64,000 nt of DNA from a virus (IMGVR_UViG_3300027823_000001:36096-100095); one strand, 5' to 3'; shown: positions 8,674 through 17,790, counted from the first letter of the stretch. Notes: generated from the sequence alone by a model not told the origin. A program made the numbers and translations.

Positions 8674-9723
8674 ATGCTAATGCGTCTCACGATCCTTTCT
8701 CTGCTGATCCTCGGCCTTCCTGCCTGCTCTCCTGCCGATGATCCTACTGCCAGTGCGGAGGGTGCTCTGAGCATCTCCAACGGCCTTGTCCGCCAAAGCA
8801 TCGACATGTGGACGACCGAGGGAGTGATCCACACTTCGGCTGTCTATGCTGTCGGCGCGCGCCTTCGCCCTACCCGGCGAGTGATCCTGTTGGTGCCCGG
8901 CACGCTGGCCAATGGCGGCGGATACTACGATATTGATCGCGGTGGTGGATTCAACGCCGCCGAGATCTTGGCGCGAAACGGGTTCATCGTGGGCATCGTG
9001 GATCTGCCCGGCAGTGGGCTGAGCTACCGCCCCGCCAACGGTGCGGACGCAACCGCTGAGCGCGGCGGCCGTGCCGTTGCTCGCGCGGCCCTGGCCTACC
9101 GGATTCGCTTCCGCGTGCCGACCGTGGACGTCTACGGCGAGACCGGCGTGGGGGGCAACATCGCGCTGCTGATGGCGCGAGAGGACTACGTGCGCGCGGT
9201 GGTGATCACCGCGCCGGCCTACGTGCAGTTCGGCCCGGCGACGGCGCCTACTCTGTTCGATCCAGGCTTCTACGGGTTCCTCGACTCCATCCCCGACGGC
9301 TATCTGCCGCAAGACCCAGCCTTCGTTGGGTTCTTCTTGAGCACAGCAGACCCGTCCATTGTCGCCGAGGCAGTCCCTGCCATCGTCGGCCCTGCGCCCA
9401 TGACCCTGGGTGTGGGGCCCTACTTCGATCTTCGTGACCATGGGGCCCTGGGCCCATCAGGAGCCATGCTGCGCCTGGAGACCCCCGTCGTCGACGCCGC
9501 ACCTGCGCGGGCTGACGCACTCATCATCGGGAGTGATCCCGATGTTGTGGGTGACCCCGCGGGCACCATCGAGATGGTAGACGCCTACGGCACTACCGGA
9601 GGCGGAGACGCGGATGCGCTGGTCATCCCCGGAGCATCACACATCATGCGCTTCGACACCCTGGCGGACGGGCCCACTAGCCTGTTCTGGTCAGCGGTGC
9701 TGAGCTACCTCGCCGCGCACTGA
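8674..9723 (+). CDS. alpha/beta-hydrolase-fold lipoprotein
   Basis: signal peptide plus LPAC lipobox; ILLVPG, VDLPGSGLS, elbow-like YGETGVGG, PGASH. Confidence 0.75.
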   Translation: MLMRLTILSLLILGLPACSPADDPTASAEGALSISNGLVRQSIDMWTTEGVIHTSAVYAVGARLRPTRRVILLVPGTLANGGGYYDIDRGGGFNAAEILARNGFIVGIVDLPGSGLSYRPANGADATAERGGRAVARAALAYRIRFRVPTVDVYGETGVGGNIALLMAREDYVRAVVITAPAYVQFGPATAPTLFDPGFYGFLDSIPDGYLPQDPAFVGFFLSTADPSIVAEAVPAIVGPAPMTLGVGPYFDLRDHGALGPSGAMLRLETPVVDAAPARADALIIGSDPDVVGDPAGTIEMVDAYGTTGGGDADALVIPGASHIMRFDTLADGPTSLFWSAVLSYLAAH

Positions 9724-9742
9724 TCAGATTCACCACTGGCCG

Positions 9743-9777
9743 AGAAAGACCGTTTCGCAAGAGACGGTCTTTCTTTT
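9743..9777 (+). terminator. intrinsic terminator
   Basis: AGAAAGACCGTTTC-GCAA-GAGACGGTCTTTCT stem with GNRA loop, followed by T run. Confidence 0.85.
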
Positions 9778-9800
9778 GCCCTCAAGTCACGCGAAGCACA

Positions 9801-9810
9801 CATCGGGTAT
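9801..9810 (+). promoter_or_regulatory. CATCGnGTA motif (putative promoter)
   Basis: CATCGGGTAT immediately after a terminator and upstream of RBS and ATG 9863. Confidence 0.65.
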
Positions 9811-9862
9811 GGCTTCAGCTGGAACCGTGAGACAAACAACAACCGACGACAGGAGATGCACA

Positions 9863-10171
9863 ATGGGTGACAAGAAAGCCGCGCACGCGCTTTTCATGCC
9901 GCGCGCCATGAAGGCTGGAGCGGTTCACCCGCTCGTAGCTACCAACGAGCTGCTCGTAGCTACCAACGAGCAGCTACGGAAGGACCTGTACGAGGCGCTC
10001 AACCAGCGCGACGTGTGGATGACGAAGGCCGTCGATGCGCAGAAGCAAAAGACCGTGCTGAACGACGCGCTGATACTCAAGGCACACACGTTGGAAATGC
10101 AGCGCGACGAAGCACGCGATGTGATCGTCAAGTTCGCAGCGGCGTCGCTCAACAAGGACTCGGTGCTCTGA
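9863..10171 (+). CDS. hypothetical coiled-coil protein
   Basis: AGGAG RBS; heptad pattern. Confidence 0.65.
   Translation: MGDKKAAHALFMPRAMKAGAVHPLVATNELLVATNEQLRKDLYEALNQRDVWMTKAVDAQKQKTVLNDALILKAHTLEMQRDEARDVIVKFAAASLNKDSVL
9931..9971 (+). repeat. 21-bp tandem duplication (LVATNE[L/Q] x2)
   Basis: GCTCGTAGCTACCAACGAGC occurs twice in tandem. Confidence 0.9.
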
Positions 10172-10599
10172 TGGTCCGCAAGCCCAGAGGTCACTCATCC
10201 ACTGCATCGAACTCTTTCAACGAAGCCGAGATCGGCGCGCTGAACTCACTCCTCAACGTGCTCACGCGCGGAGGCGATGGAAAGCTGATCCTACGCTCAC
10301 CGCCCATGGCTTCGCTACACCGCAAGTTCCGCCGCATGCATCACAACCTTCTCGTTACCAAGGCGATCGACGACAAGACCAGCAAGGAGCGGGCAGCGGG
10401 CAGCGCGTGCACTTGCCAAGACCAGATGGCAGCGCGCTTCGATTTTAACCCGACAGGGCACTACGTCTCGTGCTCGCACTGGGGCACGACGCTACCCAAT
10501 ACCGCATCGTTCCCTTTGGGCAGCGCCGAGCCGACGTGCATCACAGCTGGAGGCGAAGACCCCTCAGCAGCTCCGGCGCAAGAGAGCGGTGATGAATGA
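10171..10599 (+). CDS. hypothetical protein
   Basis: TGATG-coupled ORF. Confidence 0.6.
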   Translation: MVRKPRGHSSTASNSFNEAEIGALNSLLNVLTRGGDGKLILRSPPMASLHRKFRRMHHNLLVTKAIDDKTSKERAAGSACTCQDQMAARFDFNPTGHYVSCSHWGTTLPNTASFPLGSAEPTCITAGGEDPSAAPAQESGDE

Positions 10600-10970
10600 C
10601 CGAGCGAAAGCCTGGACCGGGCCAGCTAGGTCTGTTCGGACATCCGGCACCTCCCGATCCTGTCGAGCGTCGCAAGGTCGAGCACAAGAAGCGCGATGAG
10701 GTGCTCGATGCGTTGGGGCAGACTCGCGCGGCCCTCATACGCAAGGCGGGCGAGATCGCGCTTCGCATCGCACACAGGAAGGGCAACGTGACTAGCGTCG
10801 AGGTGTTCGACGAGCTGAAGCGCGAAGGCCTAGGCCCCATGCTCACGCTGTACGACCCTCGCTGGATCGGTGCGGTCTTCCGATCGGGTAACGGCTGGCG
10901 CAAGCAGGGCTACAGTACCGATGGCTCGCACGGGCGCCCTGTGTCCGTGTGGGAGCGAGGACAACGATGA
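10596..10970 (+). CDS. hypothetical protein (possible winged-helix DNA binder; QLGLF motif)
   Basis: ATGA-coupled; DPRWIGAVF...SHGRPVSVW. Confidence 0.6.
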   Translation: MTERKPGPGQLGLFGHPAPPDPVERRKVEHKKRDEVLDALGQTRAALIRKAGEIALRIAHRKGNVTSVEVFDELKREGLGPMLTLYDPRWIGAVFRSGNGWRKQGYSTDGSHGRPVSVWERGQR

Positions 10971-11722
10971 GACCGAAGGGCCCCACACCGCAGCCGTGCT
11001 GCCCGCGTTGCGAGGAGATCGCACGGGCGCACGGTTGGACACCTGCATCGGGTATTACTGTCGAAGCGTACATGCGTGCGCACGACTTGGAGGATCACGA
11101 GATGGACGACACGACAGACGAAGCGAAGGTCGCGCGAGCACAGCTGGTAGCGAAGCTCAACGAGCAGCGGCTGATGACCAGAGAGCAAGCGATGGACAAG
11201 GCGCTCGAACTCTTGGGCGGCGGTGATGGCGCACTCATGGTGGCCGTCCTCGACGCAGACGAAGGACACAGCGGCGAAGGTTGGTACGGCTGGCGCGAAG
11301 GCGGCGAGGGCGCCGTGCTGCTGGAGGAGATGACTGCCGAGGACAGACGGGCACTGATGGCGAAGCAAGCTCTCGACTCGATGGGGCTGACCTCTGAAGA
11401 AGTCGAGCTGAACGCCGAGTTCACCAGCGCGTCCGATCCGTCGGACGCGCGCTGGCAGATCATCACCATCCGCACGCCGCGCGTACACAACCTCAAGGAT
11501 CGTAAGCTGCACGGCGCCGATGCCCAGTGGATGGCGATGAGCTTCTTCGTCTCGTCTACGATCGGCGTGCTGGAGATGCTTCAGCTGTCACTGCCTCTTG
11601 CGGTGACCAGTGCGCTTCACACCGAGGCCGTGATCAGCGGCCTGAGCATGACCCAGATCACCGTGGCTGCGATCGACGAACGCCGTCGGGAGCAGGCCGC
11701 GAAGAAGAAAGAGCAGCACTGA
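10967..11722 (+). CDS. hypothetical protein
   Basis: ORF; alternative start at 11102 has a GGAGG RBS and follows the motif at 11046. Confidence 0.65.
   Translation: MRPKGPTPQPCCPRCEEIARAHGWTPASGITVEAYMRAHDLEDHEMDDTTDEAKVARAQLVAKLNEQRLMTREQAMDKALELLGGGDGALMVAVLDADEGHSGEGWYGWREGGEGAVLLEEMTAEDRRALMAKQALDSMGLTSEEVELNAEFTSASDPSDARWQIITIRTPRVHNLKDRKLHGADAQWMAMSFFVSSTIGVLEMLQLSLPLAVTSALHTEAVISGLSMTQITVAAIDERRREQAAKKKEQH
11046..11055 (+). promoter_or_regulatory. CATCGnGTA motif (putative promoter)
   Basis: CATCGGGTAT about 50 nt upstream of GGAGG and ATG 11102. Confidence 0.5.
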
Positions 11723-12066
11723 TGGGACACGCGAGAATCAACAACGAGTCGAAGGTCAAGCCTCTGGGGCGCAACGTCCTGCTGCGTGTCCACGCGCGCC
11801 CCGACAAGACCGCCAGCGGGATCATCCTCGCCGAGCGTCGTGGGCGCGCGGAGATGGGTGAAGTGCTCGCGGTGGGTGCGGAGGTGCAGTCAGTCACTCC
11901 GGGCGAGTTGGCGAACTTCGATCCCTACACCCTCAAGCTCGTCATCACGCCCGCAGGTCCTGATACGACGAATAGCGTGAGCGCGAGCGCAGGTGACCTC
12001 GCCATCGTGCACGAGGATTCGCTGCGCTACGTGATGACGACGTCCGTGGATCGGGGGTCGCGATGA
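11722..12066 (+). CDS. groES: GroES/Cpn10-like co-chaperonin
   Basis: VKPLGRNVLL...KTASGIIL...GEVLAVG...V.PG. Confidence 0.85.
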   Translation: MGHARINNESKVKPLGRNVLLRVHARPDKTASGIILAERRGRAEMGEVLAVGAEVQSVTPGELANFDPYTLKLVITPAGPDTTNSVSASAGDLAIVHEDSLRYVMTTSVDRGSR

Positions 12067-12155
12067 CGTTCTTCGACTTCGCCTGGCGCATGCTCGTGAT
12101 GGGCTCCGCCTTCCTGATCGCCGGTGTCGCGTTACTGTGGATCTGGCTCTCGTGA
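12063..12155 (+). CDS. 30-aa single-TM membrane peptide (not in ORF track)
   Basis: ATGA-coupled to groES; MTFFDFAWRMLVMGSAFLIAGVALLWIWLS. Confidence 0.55.
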   Translation: MTFFDFAWRMLVMGSAFLIAGVALLWIWLS

Positions 12156-12181
12156 AGAAGCCCGCGTGAGTGCCAGACAGG

Positions 12182-12224
12182 AAGCCCCCGAGGGTTCACG
12201 CTCTCGGGGGCTTTCATCTCTTTT
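12182..12224 (+). terminator. intrinsic terminator
   Basis: AAGCCCCCGAGGG...CTCTCGGGGGCTT stem followed by a T-rich tail. Confidence 0.8.
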
Positions 12225-12284
12225 GGGTCTTGACGGATGCAAAGCACCAACACATCCTCTCCGCTGTAAAAGGAGGATGTCATC

Positions 12285-12470
12285 ATGTCCACGACTCACG
12301 AACTCTCTGTGCTTGGTGCCGCTGTCCTGGTGACGGTGAGCGAACGCGACGAACTCTTCACCGCGAAGGTGAACGGCATGCCTGAGGTGCAGGCCGTCGC
12401 GACAACGCGAGAGGGCGTGCTGCGCAAGATCGCGCATCAGCTCACCTACGCGGTCGATCAAGCCGCCTGA
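12285..12470 (+). CDS. HicB-like (N-terminal domain only) small protein
   Basis: AGGAGG RBS; FTAKVNGMPEVQAVATTREGVL resembles the HicB A.VP.LPG...G.T.EEA pattern. Confidence 0.5.
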   Translation: MSTTHELSVLGAAVLVTVSERDELFTAKVNGMPEVQAVATTREGVLRKIAHQLTYAVDQAA

Positions 12471-12572
12471 AGAACCTGCACCGTGACGCCGTGGAGGCTT
12501 GCGACCCCCACAGCACGTGATGCACTAGAGAGCCCCGTCGCCGCGTTGTTACCGCGAGCTGACGGGCTCTCG

Positions 12573-12582
12573 CATCGGGTAT
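12573..12582 (+). promoter_or_regulatory. CATCGnGTA motif (putative promoter)
   Basis: CATCGGGTAT, intergenic; its TA lies 12 nt before ATG 12592. Confidence 0.6.
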
Positions 12583-12591
12583 GTACAGGGC

Positions 12592-12663
12592 ATGAAACTC
12601 AGCAGCGCGATCCAGGCCTTCGTGATCGAAGTGCACAACGTGAACGAGGTGCCTCGTGGCTGA
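12592..12663 (+). CDS. 23-aa leaderless mini-ORF
   Basis: MKLSSAIQAFVIEVHNVNEVPRG; stop overlaps the next gene start. Confidence 0.4.
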   Translation: MKLSSAIQAFVIEVHNVNEVPRG

Positions 12664-12862
12664 TGACTGGCACAGACTCTCGCCCGCAGACACGCGCACG
12701 ATGCTAGCGAACAAAGGCGTGCGTCGTATCCGCGACCACGACATGACTCGCCAGATCCTGAACTGGAGATGTTGCCGACACTGCGGACTGCTGGGTTTGA
12801 AGAACGAAGCAACGCGACAAGCGCTGCGCGCCAAGTGCATCACCTACGAGGATGCGAAATGA
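12656..12862 (+). CDS. hypothetical protein (CCRHC)
   Basis: GAGG RBS, GTG start. Confidence 0.55.
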   Translation: MADDWHRLSPADTRTMLANKGVRRIRDHDMTRQILNWRCCRHCGLLGLKNEATRQALRAKCITYEDAK

Positions 12863-13401
12863 AACGAGCCGAACGACTGCGCCTCGACACCGCGCGCCAC
12901 GCAAACATCACAGGTTGGTTCGCGCGCCACGCCCTCGTGCGCAAACTGGAAGTGGACGGCGTGGTGACGAGCGCGCGCTTCCAACGCATCCGAACGCAGC
13001 CGCCCGACTTCTTCGGACGGTGGGATAGCGCCTACTGGTTCGAGGTCGTGATGCTCCAGAATGGCAGGCTGCTCGTGCATGGGGACTTTGAGATGGTGAT
13101 GTTCGCGCAGCACCATTGCTCCAACCTCAACGGCGCCGTCAACTGGCTCGGGCAGTCCGGGCTCGGCGATCCCTACGTCTACGAGAAGGCGAACATGGGC
13201 ATGCACATGAGGATGCTCGCTCACGATCGCGTGGACGTGGCGCATGCGGCACTGCGCACTGCGCGCGCTCTCTTGTTCGCCAACCAGTGCCCAGTGCTGA
13301 ACCCTCTGCACATGGAGCCGTGCTGCTTCATGGCAGGGCACCCGGCCGATTGCGTCGTGCGCACAGACGATAGGCTCGGGACGCCTGGTCAGGGCGCCTG
13401 A
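12859..13401 (+). CDS. hypothetical protein
   Basis: ATGA-coupled; GAGG RBS. Confidence 0.65.
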   Translation: MKRAERLRLDTARHANITGWFARHALVRKLEVDGVVTSARFQRIRTQPPDFFGRWDSAYWFEVVMLQNGRLLVHGDFEMVMFAQHHCSNLNGAVNWLGQSGLGDPYVYEKANMGMHMRMLAHDRVDVAHAALRTARALLFANQCPVLNPLHMEPCCFMAGHPADCVVRTDDRLGTPGQGA

Positions 13402-13406
13402 CCACG

Positions 13407-13419
13407 CATCGTGTATAGT
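13407..13419 (+). promoter_or_regulatory. CATCGnGTA motif (putative promoter)
   Basis: CATCGTGTATAGT in the intergenic gap before the GGAGG RBS. Confidence 0.65.
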
Positions 13420-13437
13420 ATGGTGGAGGTTCCGACC

Positions 13438-13974
13438 ATGACTCGCATCGCACTCACCCTCGCACTTCTCACGCTGGCCTGCTGCGGCGAGCGCATCGTC
13501 TACGTCTACCCTGACACCAGCGCAGAGGACGCAGGCCCAACGGCGGACGCAGGCGCCCCTCAGCGCGACGCGGAGGTCGCGCCCGACGCCGAGGGTGTGG
13601 ATGCCCCTCGTGGCACCTGTGAGCCCGACAGGACGCCCGGCACGGTGAGCCACAGTGACTGCCGCTCGGTGAGCGGTCGCACGATCTGCGACGCGGTCAG
13701 CGAACAGTGCGTGTCAGAGCCCGTGGACTTCTGCGGCGCATGCGCGAGCAACGCGGACTGCGCCAACTTCGACTTGACCGCGCGCTGCACGTTCATCGAA
13801 GGCGGTGGGCGCTCCAACAACGACTCGGCGTGCCTCTCACCGTGCACCGTCGCAGCGGACTGCGACTTCTTGCGCCGCGACTGGATCAACGTCGCATGCA
13901 TGCCGCTCGGCGCAGGGTCGTTCTGCTTGCCGGACTTTGGCCACTGCCGCGACCATTCAGGCTCGCGCCGCTGA
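13438..13974 (+). CDS. cysteine-rich lipoprotein (myxobacterial style)
   Basis: signal peptide plus LAC lipobox, DAG-rich linker, repeated C-x4-DC units. Confidence 0.75.
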   Translation: MTRIALTLALLTLACCGERIVYVYPDTSAEDAGPTADAGAPQRDAEVAPDAEGVDAPRGTCEPDRTPGTVSHSDCRSVSGRTICDAVSEQCVSEPVDFCGACASNADCANFDLTARCTFIEGGGRSNNDSACLSPCTVAADCDFLRRDWINVACMPLGAGSFCLPDFGHCRDHSGSRR

Positions 13975-14813
13975 TGCTGAGTGATGAGGAGTTCGCCGTG
14001 CGCATGAGGGTGCTGCGCGGCGATGCACCACTCAAGCGCACGGCACCGTGGCAGCAGCTGATGGACATCTCGATCGCGAACGTGCGCGACATGATCTACA
14101 CGCCTGGCATCGCAGACAACGAAGGTAACGTCGAGCCCTTGCAATGCGTGAGCTTCGGCGAAGCAACGGCGGACACTGGTGCCGGCGCGCTGATCAGGCC
14201 TTTCGTGGTCAGCTCGACGCGCGCGGATTACGGTGCGAAGCGCTCGATGGTCGAGAAGACGGTGCGCTCTGATGGTGAAGAGCTGACGAGCTGGCTTGTG
14301 CAACAGCCAGGCGCCGATCAGTTCCTCTCGGTCGAGTTCTGCACATCACTCTACGAGAACACGGTGAGGCTGCTGCTCAAGAGCGTCTTGACACCACATC
14401 GTGCAATCCAATACTGGCAAGACGCCTTCGATGCAGGACTGCTGCGCCAAGGCATGCACCCGCGGTGGCGTCACCTGGCAGAGCCTCGCGCTTACGGCTG
14501 GCAGGTGACAACCATCGAGTGTCCAAAGGGTGAAGACCGCGCGGTCTTCACGCTGCGCAAAGAAGCCGTTTGGATCGATCACGATGGCAAGCTCGCAACA
14601 CCGTGGGGCGCGGTCGACAGTGCCTACACCGATCCGATGGTGATCTCAGGTAGCAGTCTCGAACGCCTGATCGAGAAGTACAGTGACGCCATGGAGATGG
14701 TGGACAGCAGGACGTGCATTGAAGGATTGCAGATGCCCTCTTACGATCGGGCCCGTGTTGCGAGTATCCTCGCGGCGCAGACCGTGCTCGTGGAGGTACC
14801 GCTTGCCCCGTGA
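13974..14813 (+). CDS. hypothetical protein
   Basis: TGATG-coupled ORF. Confidence 0.65.
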   Translation: MLSDEEFAVRMRVLRGDAPLKRTAPWQQLMDISIANVRDMIYTPGIADNEGNVEPLQCVSFGEATADTGAGALIRPFVVSSTRADYGAKRSMVEKTVRSDGEELTSWLVQQPGADQFLSVEFCTSLYENTVRLLLKSVLTPHRAIQYWQDAFDAGLLRQGMHPRWRHLAEPRAYGWQVTTIECPKGEDRAVFTLRKEAVWIDHDGKLATPWGAVDSAYTDPMVISGSSLERLIEKYSDAMEMVDSRTCIEGLQMPSYDRARVASILAAQTVLVEVPLAP

Positions 14814-15360
14814 ACGACCGAAGACCTACGGAGAGGAGCTACGCCGCTGGCCTCCTGAGATGCTCTCCAGCGGAGAGCTGAAGCAGCTCGCCGATGAACG
14901 TGCGTGGGAGCGCACGCACCCGCAAGAGGTCGCCGCGCTCGACGCGCTACTCGGCGAGCGCGTGGTGCTCGTTGCAAAGCAGGAGGGCCTCTATGCGACG
15001 TGGGCAGAGGAACTACCGCCACGCGAGCGCCGCATCCCCGGAGTGACTGGGATCCTCATCCCGACGCACCTACGCGCAGGGCTCGCGTTCGTGGTCCAGG
15101 CAAGGCTCGGCTCACGGCTGCTGGGAGTCGATGCAGTTGGAGAGCCGTGGCTCTTGCGTCGCGAGTGGCTGCGAGTCTCACATCGTGTAGAGAGTGCGCA
15201 TGGTACTGAAGAAGGGCCGAACAGTACGAGTAGGACCGCCGATCAGCAACGCGACGCGAGAGGCGCTAGCGCGAGCGACAGCTGCACAGCCCGAGCCCCC
15301 GAAGCAGCGCCGCGACATCCTGGTTTCGTCGAACGTCACCCCCGACCAATGCTCCGATGA
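14803..15360 (+). CDS. hypothetical protein
   Basis: TTG start 6 nt after GGAGG; 3' end overlaps the next gene. Confidence 0.45.
   Translation: MPRERPKTYGEELRRWPPEMLSSGELKQLADERAWERTHPQEVAALDALLGERVVLVAKQEGLYATWAEELPPRERRIPGVTGILIPTHLRAGLAFVVQARLGSRLLGVDAVGEPWLLRREWLRVSHRVESAHGTEEGPNSTSRTADQQRDARGASASDSCTARAPEAAPRHPGFVERHPRPMLR
15181..15190 (+). promoter_or_regulatory. CATCGnGTA motif (putative promoter, leaderless geometry)
   Basis: CATCGTGTAG; its TA lies 12 nt before ATG 15200. Confidence 0.6.
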
Positions 15361-16018
15361 CCAGCTCGCGCGCCGCCTACGCCTGAAGCGCGGTGAGCTG
15401 GTCGCAGCGGAAGGCAACGAGCACGACATCGCGTCGATCACTGCGACGATGCGCGAGATCAACGGGTTCCTGTGCGGACGCATGCGCACCGATCACCCGT
15501 GGCACAGGACTCCGAACGCATTACTGAACGCACTACACGGCATCACGCGTGGCGCAGGGCGCAGCGTGCAGGGCTTCTTTGGATCGCTCGCAAAGCCTCA
15601 GCAAATAGTGTCATCGGGGTGTATCCGGGTCGACGAGATCGGCTACACGACAGGCCCGATGGCGCTCTCGGAGCACGAGGTCGGTTGGTTCAACGGAGGC
15701 ACGTTGATCCTCGCGTGGGATGTGTTTGAGCACCGCAACGCGATCCGCCAACTGCGCGCGGTGGACGTTGATGGCTACGGCGTGCAAGGCCTCATACTCG
15801 ATCGAGTGCTTCGCGTCCCCATCACCTCGGACTACCGCTTTCAGACTGAGTACCCTACACGATCAGCAGTGGATGCAGAGCGCCATGCGCTGCGCATCTT
15901 CTCGCGAGTCAGCAACGCACCTCAAGATCAACACACCGTGTGGGGCCCTGCGGGCGGTGCAGCGATCGATCTGATCGCCGAGCTGAACGCAGTGCACGGC
16001 TTCACCGCGTACGTCTGA
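15200..16018 (+). CDS. hypothetical protein upstream of the terminase
   Basis: ORF position only; no motif supports a small-terminase call. Confidence 0.6.
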   Translation: MVLKKGRTVRVGPPISNATREALARATAAQPEPPKQRRDILVSSNVTPDQCSDDQLARRLRLKRGELVAAEGNEHDIASITATMREINGFLCGRMRTDHPWHRTPNALLNALHGITRGAGRSVQGFFGSLAKPQQIVSSGCIRVDEIGYTTGPMALSEHEVGWFNGGTLILAWDVFEHRNAIRQLRAVDVDGYGVQGLILDRVLRVPITSDYRFQTEYPTRSAVDAERHALRIFSRVSNAPQDQHTVWGPAGGAAIDLIAELNAVHGFTAYV

Positions 16019-16068
16019 AAGCAGAGCGCTGTTGCGCGTTCCGGCAAGTGCGCGCACTCTGATGGTGA

Positions 16069-17790
16069 ATGCACTCCTTCCCTGCGACGGCTTCTCGCAA
16101 GGGTACGACGCGATCGGTACCAGCTGCGAAAGCCACCGTCACCGCGTCGCACCTTGGTCATGATCCAACGTGGGGACCGCTGTACGCGAACATGCTCGCG
16201 CAGTCGCTGTGTCTGTTCGCGAGAGACATACTCGGACTGACCATCGCCGAGTTCATGCTGGAGTGGGAGGACATGGTCCACTCTCACGATCGGATCGCGA
16301 CGCTCGCTGCTCGTGACCACGGCAAGAGCACTTGGTGGACCTACGCCTACCCGATCTGGCGCGCCGTGTTCGAGCCAGGCGCTGAGGTTTACATCTTCGG
16401 CAAGACGCAGGAGAGCGCGCAGGAGTACATTGACATCATCCTCTATGGGAAGGGCAACCTCCGAGGCATGGTGGACATCGCGTCGCTCTCGGACTTGGTG
16501 CCGACGCGCGAGCAGACGATGCGAGACCCGCGTCTGCGCCTGAACAAGAGCGACGTGCGCTTTCACAATGGCTCGCGCATCCGCGCCGTGTCGTGGGGCA
16601 AGAGCACGCGTGGTCGCCACCCGAAGTACGTAGTGTGCGACGACGTACTCTCCGATGAGGACATGTGGTCGGAGACGACGCGCAAAAAGAACATCGAGTA
16701 CTTCAAGGGCGCGATCACGAACATGCCGCCGCCCAACGGTCAGCTGATCGTGGTGGGCACGCCCTTCCATGCAGCGGACCTATACAACTGGCTGCGTATC
16801 AACAAGCGCTACACGTTCAAGAAGTTCCCGGGCATCGTGCGAGAGGGGGGCACTGAGCGCGCTCTCTTCCCAGGGCGATGGTCTCTGAAGCTGCTCTACA
16901 TGAAGCGGGAGGAGATCGGCTCTGTCGCGTTCGCGCGAGAGATCCTGTGCGAGCCCATCACAGACGACCTCTCGATCTTCCCCTCGCACCTGTTCCCGCC
17001 GCTGCACGATGCAGGCATGCGACTGCGCCCCAAGCGCAGCGTGATCAAGCAACTGGGCTGGCAGGTCTACATGGGCGTGGACCTCGCGCTCTCTGCGAGC
17101 GTCGGCGCCGACTTCACCGTGATCTTCGTGATCGCCAAAGATCACGATGGTCAGCGCTACATTCTGGACATCGTACGCACCAAGGGGCTCGCGTTTCGCA
17201 AGCAGCTCGAACTGATCGAACGCGTCGCCAAGCGATACGACCCGAACCTGATCTTCATTGAGGCCAACCTCTTCCAACGCATCTACAGCGACGAGATGCG
17301 CCGCACGACCGACCTCCCGGTCAAGCCGTTCATCACGCACGCGCACAACAAGAACCCACTCGACAAGGGCATTCCCTCGCTGCGCATCCTGCTGGAGAAC
17401 GAGAAGTACACGATCCCGTACGACACCAAGGATGCTTACACCGTCGAGAACATCGTAACGTGGGAGAGCGAGGCGAGCCAGTTCGGCTTCGTCGATGGGA
17501 AGCTACAGGGGATCGGCGAACACGACGATACGGTGATGGCGTGGTGGCTCGCTGAAGAAGCCTGCAAGGCCGGCGGCTTCACGTTCGCGATGGGTGACGA
17601 CGAGGAGACGGGCGAGGGAGGCGACATCGTTGGTGACGACTCTCCTGGCGGCGCTGAGGAAGATGCACACTGGAAGCGCGAGATGGGGCTCACTGATGAG
17701 GGTGACGAGAAGGAGGACGCGGCTGAAGACGATCGCTTCGAGGACTACGACGATCCGTTCGGCATCGGACCACCGAAGCGCCCTTCGTGA
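16069..17790 (+). CDS. terL: terminase large subunit
   Basis: Walker A ARDHGKS, RGRHP..VVCDD, VGTP, nuclease MGVDLA and HDDTVMA; acidic C-terminal tail. Confidence 0.95.
   Translation: MHSFPATASRKGTTRSVPAAKATVTASHLGHDPTWGPLYANMLAQSLCLFARDILGLTIAEFMLEWEDMVHSHDRIATLAARDHGKSTWWTYAYPIWRAVFEPGAEVYIFGKTQESAQEYIDIILYGKGNLRGMVDIASLSDLVPTREQTMRDPRLRLNKSDVRFHNGSRIRAVSWGKSTRGRHPKYVVCDDVLSDEDMWSETTRKKNIEYFKGAITNMPPPNGQLIVVGTPFHAADLYNWLRINKRYTFKKFPGIVREGGTERALFPGRWSLKLLYMKREEIGSVAFAREILCEPITDDLSIFPSHLFPPLHDAGMRLRPKRSVIKQLGWQVYMGVDLALSASVGADFTVIFVIAKDHDGQRYILDIVRTKGLAFRKQLELIERVAKRYDPNLIFIEANLFQRIYSDEMRRTTDLPVKPFITHAHNKNPLDKGIPSLRILLENEKYTIPYDTKDAYTVENIVTWESEASQFGFVDGKLQGIGEHDDTVMAWWLAEEACKAGGFTFAMGDDEETGEGGDIVGDDSPGGAEEDAHWKREMGLTDEGDEKEDAAEDDRFEDYDDPFGIGPPKRPS

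Noticed and set aside
15200-16018. Terminase small subunit call
   Set aside because: Supported only by position
17356-17373. LDKG in the terminase as a maturation site
   Set aside because: It lies inside the nuclease domain and terminase is not head cargo; it shows that isolated motif hits occur by chance
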